A DNA stretch of 64,000 bases, from positions 37,634,001 to 37,698,000 of the forward strand of contig NC_043002.1 in NCBI RefSeq assembly GCF_006345805.1, read 5' to 3'. Of the stretch, positions 36,960 to 49,850 are shown in pieces. The position numbers and the translations under genes were made by a program. Each line of letters starts with the position of its first letter. Position 1 is the stretch's first letter. This DNA is from Octopus sinensis. Taxonomy: Eukaryota. The notes below the pieces were generated by a model. That model had not been told where the DNA came from and ran no database searches. It saw only the letters and a list, made by a program, of their open reading frames with translations.

Positions 36960-38157
36960 CAACGAGGAGTTTGTATATGAAGTTGTGTTTGGAATTTTTC
37001 AATAAAGAGATTCTCCTTGTTAATTCTCTCCTGTGTGGTGATGCCGTCTTTACATTGGTAGAAGGGGAATATATAGAATTTGGGGTTTAAGTCTTTAGTG
37101 CATGAGTCTATGTGGCCACTCAGTGGAATTTGTCGGTATTCGGGAGATTTATTTGTTCTTTATGCACCGCTACTCGTTTACGTAACGGGAGACTCGTTTG
37201 TCCAACATAATTATGTTGGCAACCAGCGCATGTGAGAACGTAGATAAGGTTCTCGGAGGAACAGGAGAAGTTAGTCTTGATTTTAAACTTCGTACCTTGT
37301 TTGAAGGTAAATTCAGAACCTTCAAGTAGGAGGGGGCATGTCCCACAGTTTGGGCGTGCACATTTTTTTACTGCTGGGGGTGGATGTGGTGTGTGAAGTT
37401 TGGCATTTGTCAAGAGATTTTTTAAAGATTTGTGTTGCCTTTTACATTTGAGGATTTTGTGTGTATTTATAATGTTTTTCATTTTTGGGTCTGTTGACAG
37501 TAGACTGAGGTTTTGTATGATTGTGGTGTATGCTTCGATATTTTTGGGGTTGTGTGTGGAAATGTATGGAAGTATTTTGAGGTTGTGTGTGGTGTTAGGT
37601 TGGGTAGTTTTCAGTGTAATGTTATCTAGTTCTTTGGCGCGTTTTATTCCATACTCTATAAGGGTGGAGGGATATTGGCGTTGTAATAGTGTTTTTTTGA
37701 GGTCTTGAAGGCGTATTTCTCGTGTTTTTGGATCCGAGACAATGGTGCATACCCTTTTAGCCAAATTGAAAGGGATATTTGTCTTGGTGTGTTTTGGGTG
37801 GCATGAACTAAAGAGGAGGTATTGTTGTGAGTCTGTGGGTTTGTGGTAGATGTCTGTTATGATTTGGTTCTTAGGTGTTTTTATAATTAGGAGATCAAGG
37901 AATGGTAGATGATGTTTGCTTAATTCCATAGTGAATTGGATGTTGGGATGTATGTTGTTTAGTATGGTTTTGAATTCCAGGAGTTTTTCATAAGGTTCTT
38001 TCCATATGATGAAACAATCATCCAAATACCTTTTCCAGTTTTCCTTTAGGTAGGTGTGGAAAACATGTCCAAATTTCTGGCGTGATATTTCATAAAGTGA
38101 TAGTTCGAAGAAACCCATTATGAGGTTCGCAAGGACTGGTGCAGCCTTGGTACCCAT
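36960..38157 (-). CDS. Penelope-like RT (C-terminal half) + GIY-YIG endonuclease, truncated, with one frameshift near 37125
   Basis: ORF 37120-38157: MGTKAAP, WKRYLDDCF (YxDD), LPFLDL, YHKPT, CGTC, NLIYVLTC..NYVGQT..R (GIY-YIG). After a frameshift it continues as PLSGHIDSC..ENLFIEKFQT to a stop near 36960. Confidence 0.9.
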
Positions 38158-38265
38158 CGGAGTACTTATTTTTTAATTTTTATACATATTTATTATTATT
38201 CTTTTGCAAAAAACAATGCAACTTTTTTTCCCCTTTCTCATTTTTAAAAAACCTTTTCACCTAAC

Positions 38266-38307
38266 TATTCTTGATAAGTCAAACTATGACGAAAACTGGT
38301 TTGAATA
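38266..38307 (+). ncRNA. Minimal type I hammerhead ribozyme, U3-A8 core variant (inverted pLTR)
   Basis: TATTC | TTGATAA | GTCA-AACTA-TGAC | GAA | AAC-TG-GTT | T | GAATA. Confidence 0.75.
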
Positions 38308-38441
38308 AATATATATTTATATATTTTTTCATTTTCTCATTTCATTAAAATTTTCTTTCAATCGAGCATTCTGCATTTTTACAATTTTTCCTTGCTTATC
38401 ATTTCTCCACGTGCGGTCAACACAACCCCACCATTTATTGA

Positions 38442-38507
<66 letters not shown>

Positions 38508-38509
<2 letters not shown>

Positions 38510-38814
38510 AGGTGCAATGGCCCAGTGCTTAGCGCAGCGGACTCACGGTCGTAGGATCGCGGTTTCTATTCCCAGACCGTGCATTGTGAGTGTTTATTGA
38601 GCGAAAACATCTAAAGCTCCACGTGGCTCCGGCAGTGGGTGGTGGTGAACCCTGCTGTACACTTTCACCACAACTTTCTCTCACTCTTTCTTCCTGTTTC
38701 TCTTGTACCTGTATTTCAAAGGCCAGCCTTGTCACACTCTTTGTCACGCTGAATCTCCCCGAGGACTACGTTAAGGGTATACGTGTCTGTGGAGTGCTCA
38801 GCCACTTGCACGTT
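38508..38814 (+). mobile_element. tRNA-derived SINE, head H1 + tail T1 (3' truncated)
   Basis: GGAGGTGCAATGGCCCAGTG head; tail TGTACCTGTATTTCAAAGGCCAGCCTTGTCAC shared with 43506-43824. Confidence 0.85.
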
Positions 38815-38816
38815 CA

Positions 38817-39013
38817 TAAATGAGTTGCGACGTCACTGGTGCCAAACTGTATCGGCCTTTGACTTTCCCTTGGATAACAACGGTGGCGTGGAGAGAGGAG
38901 GTAGGTATGCGTGGGCGACTGTTGGTCTTCCATAAACAGTCTTGCCCAGATTTGTGCCTCGGAGGGTAACTTTCCAGGTGCAATCACATGGTCATTCATG
39001 ATCGAAGGGGGTC
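38817..39013 (+). mobile_element. Probable SINE tail module T4 fused to the previous SINE
   Basis: Begins AAATGAGT, the motif that ends the CORE-like head at ~43680; GC-rich segment of non-random appearance, single copy in this window. Confidence 0.5.
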
Positions 39014-39120
39014 ACAACAATATATATATATATATACGTAAACACATATGCACACACATACGTTGTTCATTTACGTGCTTACGCGTTTGTAATTCTTAAT
39101 TCCTCGGCCATACACATATA

Positions 39121-39470
39121 TGATGATGATGATGGATTCTCTTGTCATGAACGACAAATGAGGGTTCACTAAAAAAAGCGGTAATCATGTTCTATGGACA
39201 TAAATGTATCTCTTGAGGCCCGCTGGTGTCTTGTAAACCTTTTGGCAAATGCAACAAGCTGAGTGGACGACAAGGCCTGCTTTGCTTCGTGCCACAAAAC
39301 TACAGTGACAGGTACGGTTTCTATTTAGAGGAGCAGCGTTTTGCCTGTGTGCCTTCATCCTTGCACGAAGTTGGTCTCGATGTTGGAGTCGACTTTGCTC
39401 AAAACTTTGAACTGAGGGGATGCAAGACTGGTGTCAGGCTATGCGTTCTGATGCTTTGTTTTCCCGGGAA
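39121..39470 (-). mobile_element. RTE-like LINE 3' end with (CAT)n tail
   Basis: Minus strand: ..RDQLRARMKAHRQ..TCHCSFVARSKAGLVVHSACCICQKVYKTPAGLKRYIYVH (C2H2-like xAGLxxH motifs typical of RTE C-termini), then (ATC)n. Confidence 0.6.
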
Positions 39471-40738
39471 GTATATATATATATATATATATATATATGA
39501 TACACTGTTTCGTAAACCCAGAAACATATACACATCTAAAACACACAAACATATAACACACATCACTTATAGATTGGTGTACATATGTATAAAAATAGTT
39601 AATTTACCGATCGGACTTCTCAATGCAGTCATTTTTATGATAATATCGTATCTCAAACGTAAGGAGTTTATCGCGCTAAGGGAAGTATCTCGGCGAAGAG
39701 TAATTGTAGCTTGGGTGTTGCCTGCGGTGATATTGATGATGTTAAGAGTAAATGATGGGGATAGATAGATAGATAGATAGATAGTTAGACAGAGAGACAG
39801 ACAGACAGACAGACTGTAATGTTTGTTGGTTCTTGAAGATATATTTGTTACCAACATGACTGATCGTTATTATCTTCGACGATATTTTTCGCTATCATAA
39901 TGGAATCTTATTACTATTAGACAAATTTGGAAATGATTACGTTAATGACTTCAAGTTTGATATTACATATTTAAATAGAACATCAACTACGAGGGCTTTC
40001 CTTACTTAAGGCATACGTAGTACAAAATGGGAATTTGTAAAATTATATCTTTATGGTATGTTTACAAATATATTGAAAAATTAGCTGACATCAGAATTTA
40101 AATACATGCGAACTTCAATATATTACTATAAAACCGTATACAAGAGTTCCTAAGTTCCATAGTGATTTCATAGTGAGGGTGAATAATTCCTATTTTCCAT
40201 ATCGGTTGTGGTTATAATGGTGGTGCCAAGGGAAGATGACTAGGAATTAATTATTATTTATTGGACTAGAAAAATTATATGAACAAAAATTGTTTATGGT
40301 TTAACTCATACGAGGACTGAACCCGGATATTCACCCCGTAAATTTCAATCTCCAAACGTAAATATTACTCATTGTAACAGCTGCTTGTTTATTTATTGCT
40401 AGCACTAATGCTGGTGGTGATGGTGGTGGTTATATTTGTTTCGTTGTTGTAGTTGTTATAGTGCTCGTTGCTGGTGGTACCAGCAGTTTGTTTGCTATAG
40501 ATAGTTATAAAAGTGGTGAAAGATGCCGCGATATTGTCCTGATTTTTGTGTCCATTTTTACTGTTCATTATAGTGATTTTGGAGTTAAGATGGATGTCAG
40601 ATTTCCCTTTGGCATTTTAACGGATACAACTAATGAAAAATAAATATTATTTTTTAACCCTACGCACAGTATTGTATTGAATTTTTGTTCAGAGAAGATA
40701 TTTATTGTACATTAGTACACAAACCTATAATTAAGTAA

Positions 40739-40740
<2 letters not shown>

Positions 40741-40826
<86 letters not shown>
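40741..40826. repeat. Perfect (TA)n, about 43 units
   Basis: Directly visible. Confidence 0.97.
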
Positions 40827-40835
<9 letters not shown>

Positions 40836-41409
40836 TATAATGCGGGGTGGAGAAGTTTTTAAAAATGTATTAGTTTAATGCTGAAGCAGGGAAAGAGTCT
40901 TGGCGTTTCGGATACGAAGTCGTTTAGCAGAAAAAAAAAGAATGAGTAAAAGTAGTGAGAAAATAAAAAATAGAGAAAATTTGGTGAGTGGAAAAAAAAA
41001 AGAGTACGGCAAATAAAGTTAGTATGTGGCGGTATGTGCATTAAAATTAAAATGAATGGAAAGCTGTGGTATTTGTTTAACGTTTAACCTCTGTATAAAA
41101 AAAGGAAAAGAATTAAGGAGAAATAGACGATTAAAGTGAAGGGTTGGCGTAAGACGCATTCTTGGAATGGCAAGTATCATTTACTGAAATTATAGATGTA
41201 GAGTGATGAATATATAAAAAATAATTATTTTAGTTAAGTCTTTCGCACGCATGCACGTACTACGCATACGCATATATTAACACTAAGCTTGTTTCGTCTT
41301 CAACTTTCTTTTGAAATACGTGATATACTTTAAATGTATATTCGCAGTAAACATTATGGCGTTAGGAAATTTCGTTTTACCTATTAAGGACAGTCCGTTT
41401 AATTAATAG

Positions 41410-41615
41410 CTTCAAATTTAGGCACAAGGCCATCGATTTTAGAGCAGTGGAATTACATCGATTCCAGTGTTCAGCTGGTGCTTATTTGATCGACCTTGAA
41501 AGGGATGAACGGTAAAGTCATCCTGGGGCGAATTTGACCTCAGAATACACCTCTGGAAGAAATACCGCTAACCATTTTGTCTGGGGTGCGAAAGTTTCCG
41601 CCAGTTTGCCACCTT
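41410..41615 (-). mobile_element. Old SINE of the 6057 family
   Basis: GATCGACCTTGAAGGGATGAACGGTAAAGTC..AATTTGACCTCAGAA..CCGCCAGTTTGCCACCTT. Confidence 0.65.
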
Positions 41616-42098
41616 CATATTATCCACGCTTAAATAATGACAATAATATGAATTGCAATATAAATTGCTTTAACAATGATATATATTAACCGTCATAATA
41701 TTGATAATGATTTCTCTAAGGCGTTAGAGCAGCATAAATATAAAGATTTAAATACAGCGATGAAGATATATATATTTGTTGATGCACATATGTATATGTG
41801 TGTGTGTGTAAGCATTATTTTTGCTCATGAGATGGTAAAACAAAAGCCTGGTGACAATTGGGATTCAGCCCGATAAAATTTCAAGACTCAAGAATCCTCC
41901 AGAAATGCCTGAAAAAGGGTTGAACCCAATTACCGTCATGAAATTATTTTACTTTACCATCGAAAATAATTTCATTTATCCTGAATTGTATTTAGTATAT
42001 CTTTTCTCCTCTTTTTCGTTCAAATTTATTTCTTTAGCCCATTCTGCGTTATTTCTCTGAACCGTTTAAATTCATAAATATACACCCATCCCCACCAT

Positions 42099-42169
<71 letters not shown>

Positions 42170-43421
42170 CATTTATGTGTGTGTTTGTATATATGTATAT
42201 ATATGTATACGTATGTGCATATGCTTATATATATACAAACATACATACATATCCCCGTACACATATATACCCACATTATGTCAGGTGCATATGTTTACTT
42301 ATTTTAGGTTTTACGCATTAAAATATTTAAGTGAAGAATAACATTTTTAATGCAATGAAGGAAAACTCTGCCATGGAATTGTCTTTTCGAAAACGTTTTC
42401 ACATAAAAATGTTCGCAGAAAATTTTAGCTTTCTCCAGCCAAAGTTACGAGTAAAGCACTTTAAGTGAAAAATGTTTTTCTAACATCTCGAATTCTCTAA
42501 AATTATTTCATCTAATATAAATGTTGGTATTTTAAGAATAATGAAAAAGAAAAATAGTAAAAAAGAGGAAAGAATTATCTACATTCTCGAAATGTATTCA
42601 TGCTGACTGAAGAAAATATTCCGCCTAAAGTAAACAGGAGGATGTTAAAATAGCCAATGTGGAAGCCTATATGTGGCACCTCGATCTGTTAGAAATGTCA
42701 GCCAGATTTCCCTCCGATCAGTGCCTAACGTCTTGGAGAGAGAAAGGCCATATTTTACAACGTTGTTTTCGGTATGAAGAGTCAAAGAAATATACTAAAT
42801 TCATGGTTTGAACGCCTTTTGTCATAGATCTGTTGGACCAGGTCTTACCTGTGGCTAAACAAACAAAAAGGGATACTAAAAGAATATTGAAATATTTTAT
42901 CAAATATAGACACACCTCAAAATAGGTCATTTCGAATTACGATTTGTTTTTCGACTTTACGTCGTTTTTTAGAGATATTCATAGAAAAATAAACATCAGC
43001 TTCAGTTGATTTATTCAACTTTACGTCGGTCTCACCAAACATATTTAAAAGCATAAAAATTAAAACCAAACAAAACGCTCCAAAAATTGGAGTGGAAAAT
43101 TAAATGAAATACACGTGAAAATACGTACACACCATTTAGCAGAACATTTATAAGCTAAAAAATATTTTTAGATGTTTTTTGTTTTCGTGTTTTGTCGTTT
43201 TACGTGTTAAAAATGGAAGATAAAGCGCATTAATACAAATACCCCAACGTATACTACAATCGATCAGACCATTCGTTTTATCACTCCAACCATAAGACTC
43301 CAACCATAAGTAGCACACTCCAACCATAAGATTTTAAAACTCCCACAAGAACTTTCAGTGGAGAAAAGATCAACGCATTCAAAGATTCCTTTTACATCTC
43401 AAACAATCCATACCAATTCTT

Positions 43422-43462
<41 letters not shown>

Positions 43463-43505
43463 TACACCCCCCCCCCACACACACATACACACACACACCC
43501 TAAAA

Positions 43506-43824
43506 GACTCCGCCGGTTACGACGACGAGGGTCCCAGCTGATACGATCAACGGAACAGCTTGCTCGTGAAATTAACGTGCAAATGGCTGAGCATTCCACA
43601 GACACGTGTACCCTTAACGTAGTTCTCGGGGATAATCAGCGTGACACAGAGAGTGACAAGGCTGACCCTTTGAAATACAAGTACAACTCATTTTTGCCAG
43701 CTGAGTGGACTGGAGCAACGTGAAATAAAGTGTCTTGCTCAAGGACACAACGCGTCGCCGGGAGTCGAACTCACAACCTTACGATCATGAGCCGAATGCC
43801 CTAACCACTAAGCCACGCGCCCTC
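43506..43824 (-). mobile_element. tRNA/CORE-like SINE, head H2 + tail T1
   Basis: A-box TGGCTTAGTGG, B-box GAGTTCGACTC, CORE-like GTGTCCTTGAGCAAGACACTT..CCACTCAGCTG..AAATGAGT, then tail T1. Confidence 0.88.
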
Positions 43825-46629
43825 ACACACACACACCCACACACATACACACGCGCGCATATCTCAGATAAGCTGAGACATTGCATAAGTGATTAGGCGA
43901 ATCTGCGAGTCATACCATGTCGATCAGCCGACTAACAATGAGCTATAGTGCCACTTAACAAGGACCAAATCTTGAGTTACACAGCATTAATAATAACGAT
44001 CATTAAATTACGAGGCTACTTGTGAGATTCCACATGGCAATTCGACATGACATAATAACCAGGCAAAAGTCTGGAAAAGAAAGAAAAAAAACATTTTAAA
44101 GAGGGTATTGAATTGAATATATTTTTCGTCTTTGGTCGAGTTGCATCGGACACAATGCTTTTCAAAGTTAATGATATCTGGAATCGTTACCCAGCCACCT
44201 CAAAAAAGACAGGTTGTTCTTGATGTTTAAAGCGCTTTTGCTCGAATATTCTCAATCAGGATTGAGCCGAGGCTAAATAACAACAGCCGTCGCCACCGCC
44301 GCTGCAGCAGCAGCAACAGCAGCAGCAACAGCAGCAGCGACAACAACACAAACAGCGGCACTAGCAATAACAATAATCGGAAATCTTACGAAGTAGTCTG
44401 GTAAAACCTCATGTGTTTTTTTCGGGATATAACGTTATGTTAGTTTGGCAACAGAAATGCGAGCATGACAGAGATTTTGAGTTTAGTGTTTGCTAATGGA
44501 ATCCATTAGTGCATAGTAGTAGAACTGCTGTTTGCTTGACTGTAGAAAAGCGAGTACATTTAAACACTTTACTTATGAATGAAATGTTTTCAATGATGCG
44601 ATATACAAACTCAAAAGTTATATGTATGTCCGGTGAAGCTCGGCTATTATAGCTCCATCGTAGCAATTTTCGCAGAAAAGATTACAAAATAAATAAATAA
44701 ATAAATAAATAAATAAACAGCAGAAGAAAGCATGGATCCAGTACGTTTGTTGCCGAGCTGGGAGATTAGCTTTCTTATCATCATGAAATATATTTGTGTA
44801 AAGTAAGACGTTTGTCGCCACTGAAAGCTAATTACTCCCTCTTCTTGGCAGGGTGATTGAAACTTGATAGAAAAGGAAATGTCAGCAAAGCGAATTATGA
44901 GTGAAAGAAAAGAAGAGTATGAAAGACAAGATAGGAAATGCAGACAGGAAATCATGTTCCGAAAAATATGATTTTCATATGTAACTTACTTTTAGTTATC
45001 TCTCAGAGTCTTGGAACGAAATAAAACTTACAAACCGTATACTTACAAACCGTATACTTACAAACATAGCTGTAACGGCAGACATGTATACATTAATGGG
45101 CTTTCGGATATTAAAGCTTGTAAGCATAAATCAAAGTGGCAGAGAACAAAGATACGTAGGAGAGAAACAGATCTTTATAAATTAATCCTCGCATTGCCTT
45201 TTGTGGTGATTTTACTATATATTTCCTATAATGTATTAGCTATAACCAATCCTATAATCTAAATAAACTTCGACTTCTCGATAACAGTCAAATTAATAAT
45301 CTGCTTAGCTAATGTATCTCTTACTACGCGAATTAGTCTTCATTGACAGTGAATCTGTAAAGAAATATTCAATTAATAGACATTCTATTTCAAATTTCCG
45401 TAACTACGTAAATTAAATGGTTATTTATATTAACTTTGTATAGAATTAGCAGTCAATTTTCTCATATTTACACTGAGTGTTAAATAAGTAACCAAATATA
45501 CGATAAAATTAATTCTGTTATTAAGATTGACAATATACACTGTCTATCAATTTAGTAGCGTACTGTTTATTTATGGAATATATTGAAACTATGAGGCTGG
45601 TATTTCACAATAAAATTGAAAATTTTACACTGACTGTAGAGTTAAATATATTTATCTTACTACATCAGCAGTGAAATTATTAATCTATATTGATTATTTA
45701 GCCAGTTGTCTGACAGTGAAAATTGATAATTTAACTGTTAGATGTTTCTAGAAATTGCTTAAACTATATTTTTAGATTAGCATTTTAAATTTATTGCTTT
45801 CTAGAAAAAGGAATATTTATTTTGCCTCTACGCCAGTTCTTTTTTCTGAAGAGTGCGATTACTAAATCGACCATAACATTTTACTGATTATAACTTTTTC
45901 TACTTCATACAGATCGAAACAAAAATTTTCTTAATATTTGAACGTAGAAATACCAATCCCTGTTGCTGTATTCCGTTACTTGTGTGTAAATTCTTTGAGA
46001 AACTGATAGTTATACATGCCATGGATGCATTTCGAGCAATGCAAGGTAAACGAACTCCAGAATATATAATAATAATTTTGCAGCAAAGAAATAGCTAGCA
46101 ACCTAAAAGAGATAGACTCTTCAACGTTACGTCAGCTATACAATGAAGGATTATAAAGATAATTTTCTTGCCAATTCCAAATGTAGATTAATAAATCCAG
46201 CCATAAGTAAAATAGTAACAGTTTACGCTGTGTTTTAGATTCCATTACTTTTACCATTTAAGAAGTCCTTTTACAATATGGAACATTACTGCAGACCAGA
46301 TTTGGCTCGCGGGCTGTACGTTTGACGCTAATAATAAGGTAGGGCGAAGTTGCTTCTTACCCAGATTTTTAATGCTCGAAAATTTGCCAGGATAATTATC
46401 AGGTAAGTGCTTTGAGTTGATCGAAAGTTACCGTATTTCGTATTTCTAATGATATTTGTTTATTGAAGTATATTAACTTTGCTTTATTTTCTTTTTCTTT
46501 CTAATACTGATCTAGACTAGAATGATCAACTTAGTCCGTCACTTAGTTCTGCACTACCACAACATGATCTTTGGTGCTTTAGTATTGCAAGCATTCGAGT
46601 AAGGTCTAAAGATTTAGGACAACTTCCGA

Positions 46630-47039
46630 ATCTTTTCGGTTTGAACGGCAGTTTTTAACATAATTTCTAGGTAACTAACAAATTTTAAACTTCGTATACT
46701 GGTAGAATGTATTTATAAAACATCTTTTTCTCTTGGCTTAAAATTCAATAGTTTGTAAGATATTTGTTGTTTTTTCTTCAATTTCTGCAATTTCAACCAA
46801 TCACTGACGTCTATTGAGGTAAAAAACATTCTGTGCCGTATGAATATTCCCTCGTTTAAGAAACAGAATGGGTTTATTTACATTTCAGAAGAAAAAAAGA
46901 TACCCTAACCCTAACCCTAACCCTAACTAACTCTAACCCTAAAACAGATTGAAATGCAATAGATCGATACTAGGGTCATAACTATGGGTGACAATTTCAT
47001 ATGACACCGCTAGAAAAATGCCGTTCAAACCGAAAAGAT
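46630..47039. mobile_element. 410-bp MITE with 21-bp TIRs, 4-bp CCGA duplication and internal (CCCTAA)n
   Basis: Left ATCTTTTCGGTTTGAACGGCA, right TGCCGTTCAAACCGAAAAGAT; CCGA at 46626-46629 and 47040-47043; telomere-type repeats at 46903-46942. Confidence 0.85.
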
Positions 47040-48398
47040 CCGAACTACTTTCCTATACCTATAGGGATGAAAGCTTAAGGGTATGAAAGACGGCCCTGAC
47101 AAAAAAAAAAGTCATGAACGTCTGTCTTAATATTTGCAGTACAGTTAAAATATGTTTATGGGATATATAGTAATCGGTTTCTCTAAGATTTTTCCCACAT
47201 AGATAACGGAGTATCACAATATGGATTGGTGTTTCGACATTCAAATAGTGAGGAAAATTTTTATTGTTTAGATCTGTAGTGGTAAAAAATATGATCCGTT
47301 AAATGTTATAGTCATCTAAACGGTTAAAAACAGAGATTGGTAGAAGCGTTATAAGTCGTAACTAAATCCTTGGAGTAAGTTAAAATCACGTAAGTTGACG
47401 TAGCCATTCATCTGTGCAATGATCGATAGATGAATAGTAGTAATGATACCTTGAAGACAATTCTATTGACAGTATGTGTTCACTATAAATATTCGTCCCT
47501 CTGCCATATTTAGAAACATATAATGTATTCTTCACCCACTGAACAAAAACTGTACTTCAGATTAAAAAAAAAAAGCACGGGAATTCTAACGTTCATACTT
47601 TTCCCATGAGTCATAGCTGCTTTTATGAAAGGAATTTGCTTGAACCGGAATTGAAATTGCGATGCGTTTTGATCTATCAGAGCATGATCCCATCCTCTTT
47701 GGTACATTCCTGTATCAGTCAATATTAGATTATCTAGAAATAATATTTTTTTATTGGCCAGCAAAATTGGATTTTATGATATTGGTAGCTAGTTGTTCAT
47801 TGTATGGTTTCGTTCTTTTAAAAGAACATGAGATTCGTCAGGGAATTCAAAAATATTAGCGAAAACGGCTCATGAAATTTGACTCATAATGTTCTACAAA
47901 TCGCTCACTAAAACATCTAGGTGGAGTTGGCGGTAACAGCACAGCACAAACTACTTAATTATTAAAACATTCACTGTAATCAGTCTCACAAAATTACGAA
48001 GTTATGAGTTCAAACGTCATCAGGGGTAAACAGATATTATTCTTCGCCAGAACCGCTGAGATCGAATTGTTCATATCCCCATAAAATTGATTTTATGCAT
48101 AAGGAAAATAAATATCGTTAATATCTGCGAAAAGAAGCTGAGATATGAATATAATTCTATTCAGTCGTGATCACAGCCGAATATTTGATTCACGTTTGTC
48201 AGAGGTACAATGCACTTTAATGTTATTGAAAAAGAGTTGAGGATCACAGCAACTCTCCTCTTTAGCTAATGGCACATATGTACCTTCTGAATGTAAAAAA
48301 AAAGCAACAAAAAACAAAGAAAAAACAAATCTATAGTTCATTTAATTTTACTACATGTTACTCACGTAGATAAACACATAGATAAACAAACGGGCGCG

Positions 48399-48467
<69 letters not shown>

Positions 48468-48582
48468 TTATGTAGCAGTGTTAGCTCTGTGTATGTGTCT
48501 ATATATGAATACGTATACTTGTGTGCATATATATATATATATATATATACATATATCTGAATATATATATATACATATATAT

Positions 48583-48637
<55 letters not shown>

Positions 48638-49459
48638 CACATGTACCCCAGCATGACCCTTGCCTCAGTGGTGAAACATAAAAGAACATATATATATGTG
48701 TGTGTGTGTGTGTGTGAGTGCGTGTGTATTCATATATATGCGAGTGCGAATGGTTGTGTGTGTGTGTTTGTTTATATATGTGTGTGCATGGAGCGAAGGA
48801 ACCTAGATACGCTGACTTTATATAGATAATATTCCGCGGAGATTTTAAAAGCATCTCAAAATCCCTCTCTCAGAGATCTGGCAATATCTTGCTTCTGCTC
48901 TACCATACTGTGCCTGCTTATTTCGTGTTTACTCGACCGATGCTATAAGCATCCGTTTAACCTCCTCCTCCTCCTTCTCCTCCTCCCTTCCCCCTCAGCC
49001 TCTTTCTTCAACATATCCTTCGTTCTCCATGCTCAACTTCTCATAAGTAAATGTAGCTCCCTTTCACCCACCCATGCACTGACTCACATAATCACAGTAT
49101 CTTTCTCAACACCTCCTTATACGTGTCTTTTCCTTTATCCATTTCAAATCTTTTTCTGTATTCCGTCTTTATATATATATATATATATATACATACATAT
49201 TAAAAAGACTGACGTTGAATATTTCTAATATCTTCGACAAGGGCGACAAGTCTAGACGTTAAACAAATTTCGTCAGCAGTACTACAACCATCGCCACTGC
49301 TTACCAGCCAAATAGAAATATATGTAAATATGAACATTAAATCGTGTTAAGAAAATTTTGATGAATTTATAGTTCACCTATAAAGGTGCTCTGATTATAT
49401 TTAAAGCAATGTCTACACGCAAATATACATTCGCACACATACAAAAATACATATCTCTT

Positions 49460-49668
49460 ATCTTTTGTTGCAGTCAATAGACTGAGGTCAATCTGGGGCA
49501 GCACCTTGAAGGGTTTAGTCTGACAAATCGATCCCAGTTTTGCCGAATCCCTAAGTTACATCGATTGTCAACCGATGGTGTGGGACAAACACAACACACG
49601 CGCTCGCACGCACGCACGCGCGCACACACACACACACAACACACACACACACATACACACACACACAC

Positions 49669-49705
<37 letters not shown>

Positions 49706-49850
49706 TTTCTTTCAGTTTGGTCCAACGAATCCCCTCATAGAGCATTATTTGGCTCAGGAATATAGTAGTAAACACTTGCTCAAGGTGCAGCGCCGTAGGA
49801 ACGAATCCAAGACTACATGGTTGGGAAGCAAGATTTTTACCTGCACACTG
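49460..49850 (-). mobile_element. Old composite SINE with internal (CA)n
   Basis: AAACACTTGCTCAAGGTGC..ACATGGTTGGGAAGCAAG head and degenerate tail, as in 31491-31951. Confidence 0.6.

Larger units (their letters stand above)
36210..38386 (-). mobile_element. 5'-truncated Penelope-like retroelement with 3' pLTR and an inverted pLTR copy at the 5' junction
   Basis: RT-GIY-YIG ORF inside; 36210-36440 and 38156-38386 are 231-bp inverted repeats with about 5 mismatches by eye. Confidence 0.92.

Noticed and set aside
40895-40940. Minus-strand CTGCTAA..TCCGAAACGCC hammerhead-like motif
   Set aside because: Core, stem II and the NUH triplet are all altered; too degenerate to call.
43506-43824. tRNA gene call for SINE heads (here and at 11860, 38508, 54372)
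   Set aside because: A/B boxes are present but no cloverleaf acceptor stem is evident; each continues into a SINE body.
44283-44350. (CAG)n run as a polyglutamine exon
   Set aside because: No surrounding open frame or splice signals.
43283-45065. Short tandem repeats ACTCCAACCATAAG x3 (43283-43330) and 15-bp ACTTACAAACCGTAT x2.7 (45026-45065) as CRISPR-like arrays
   Set aside because: No unique spacers of regular length and no cas genes in a eukaryotic context; ordinary slippage duplications.
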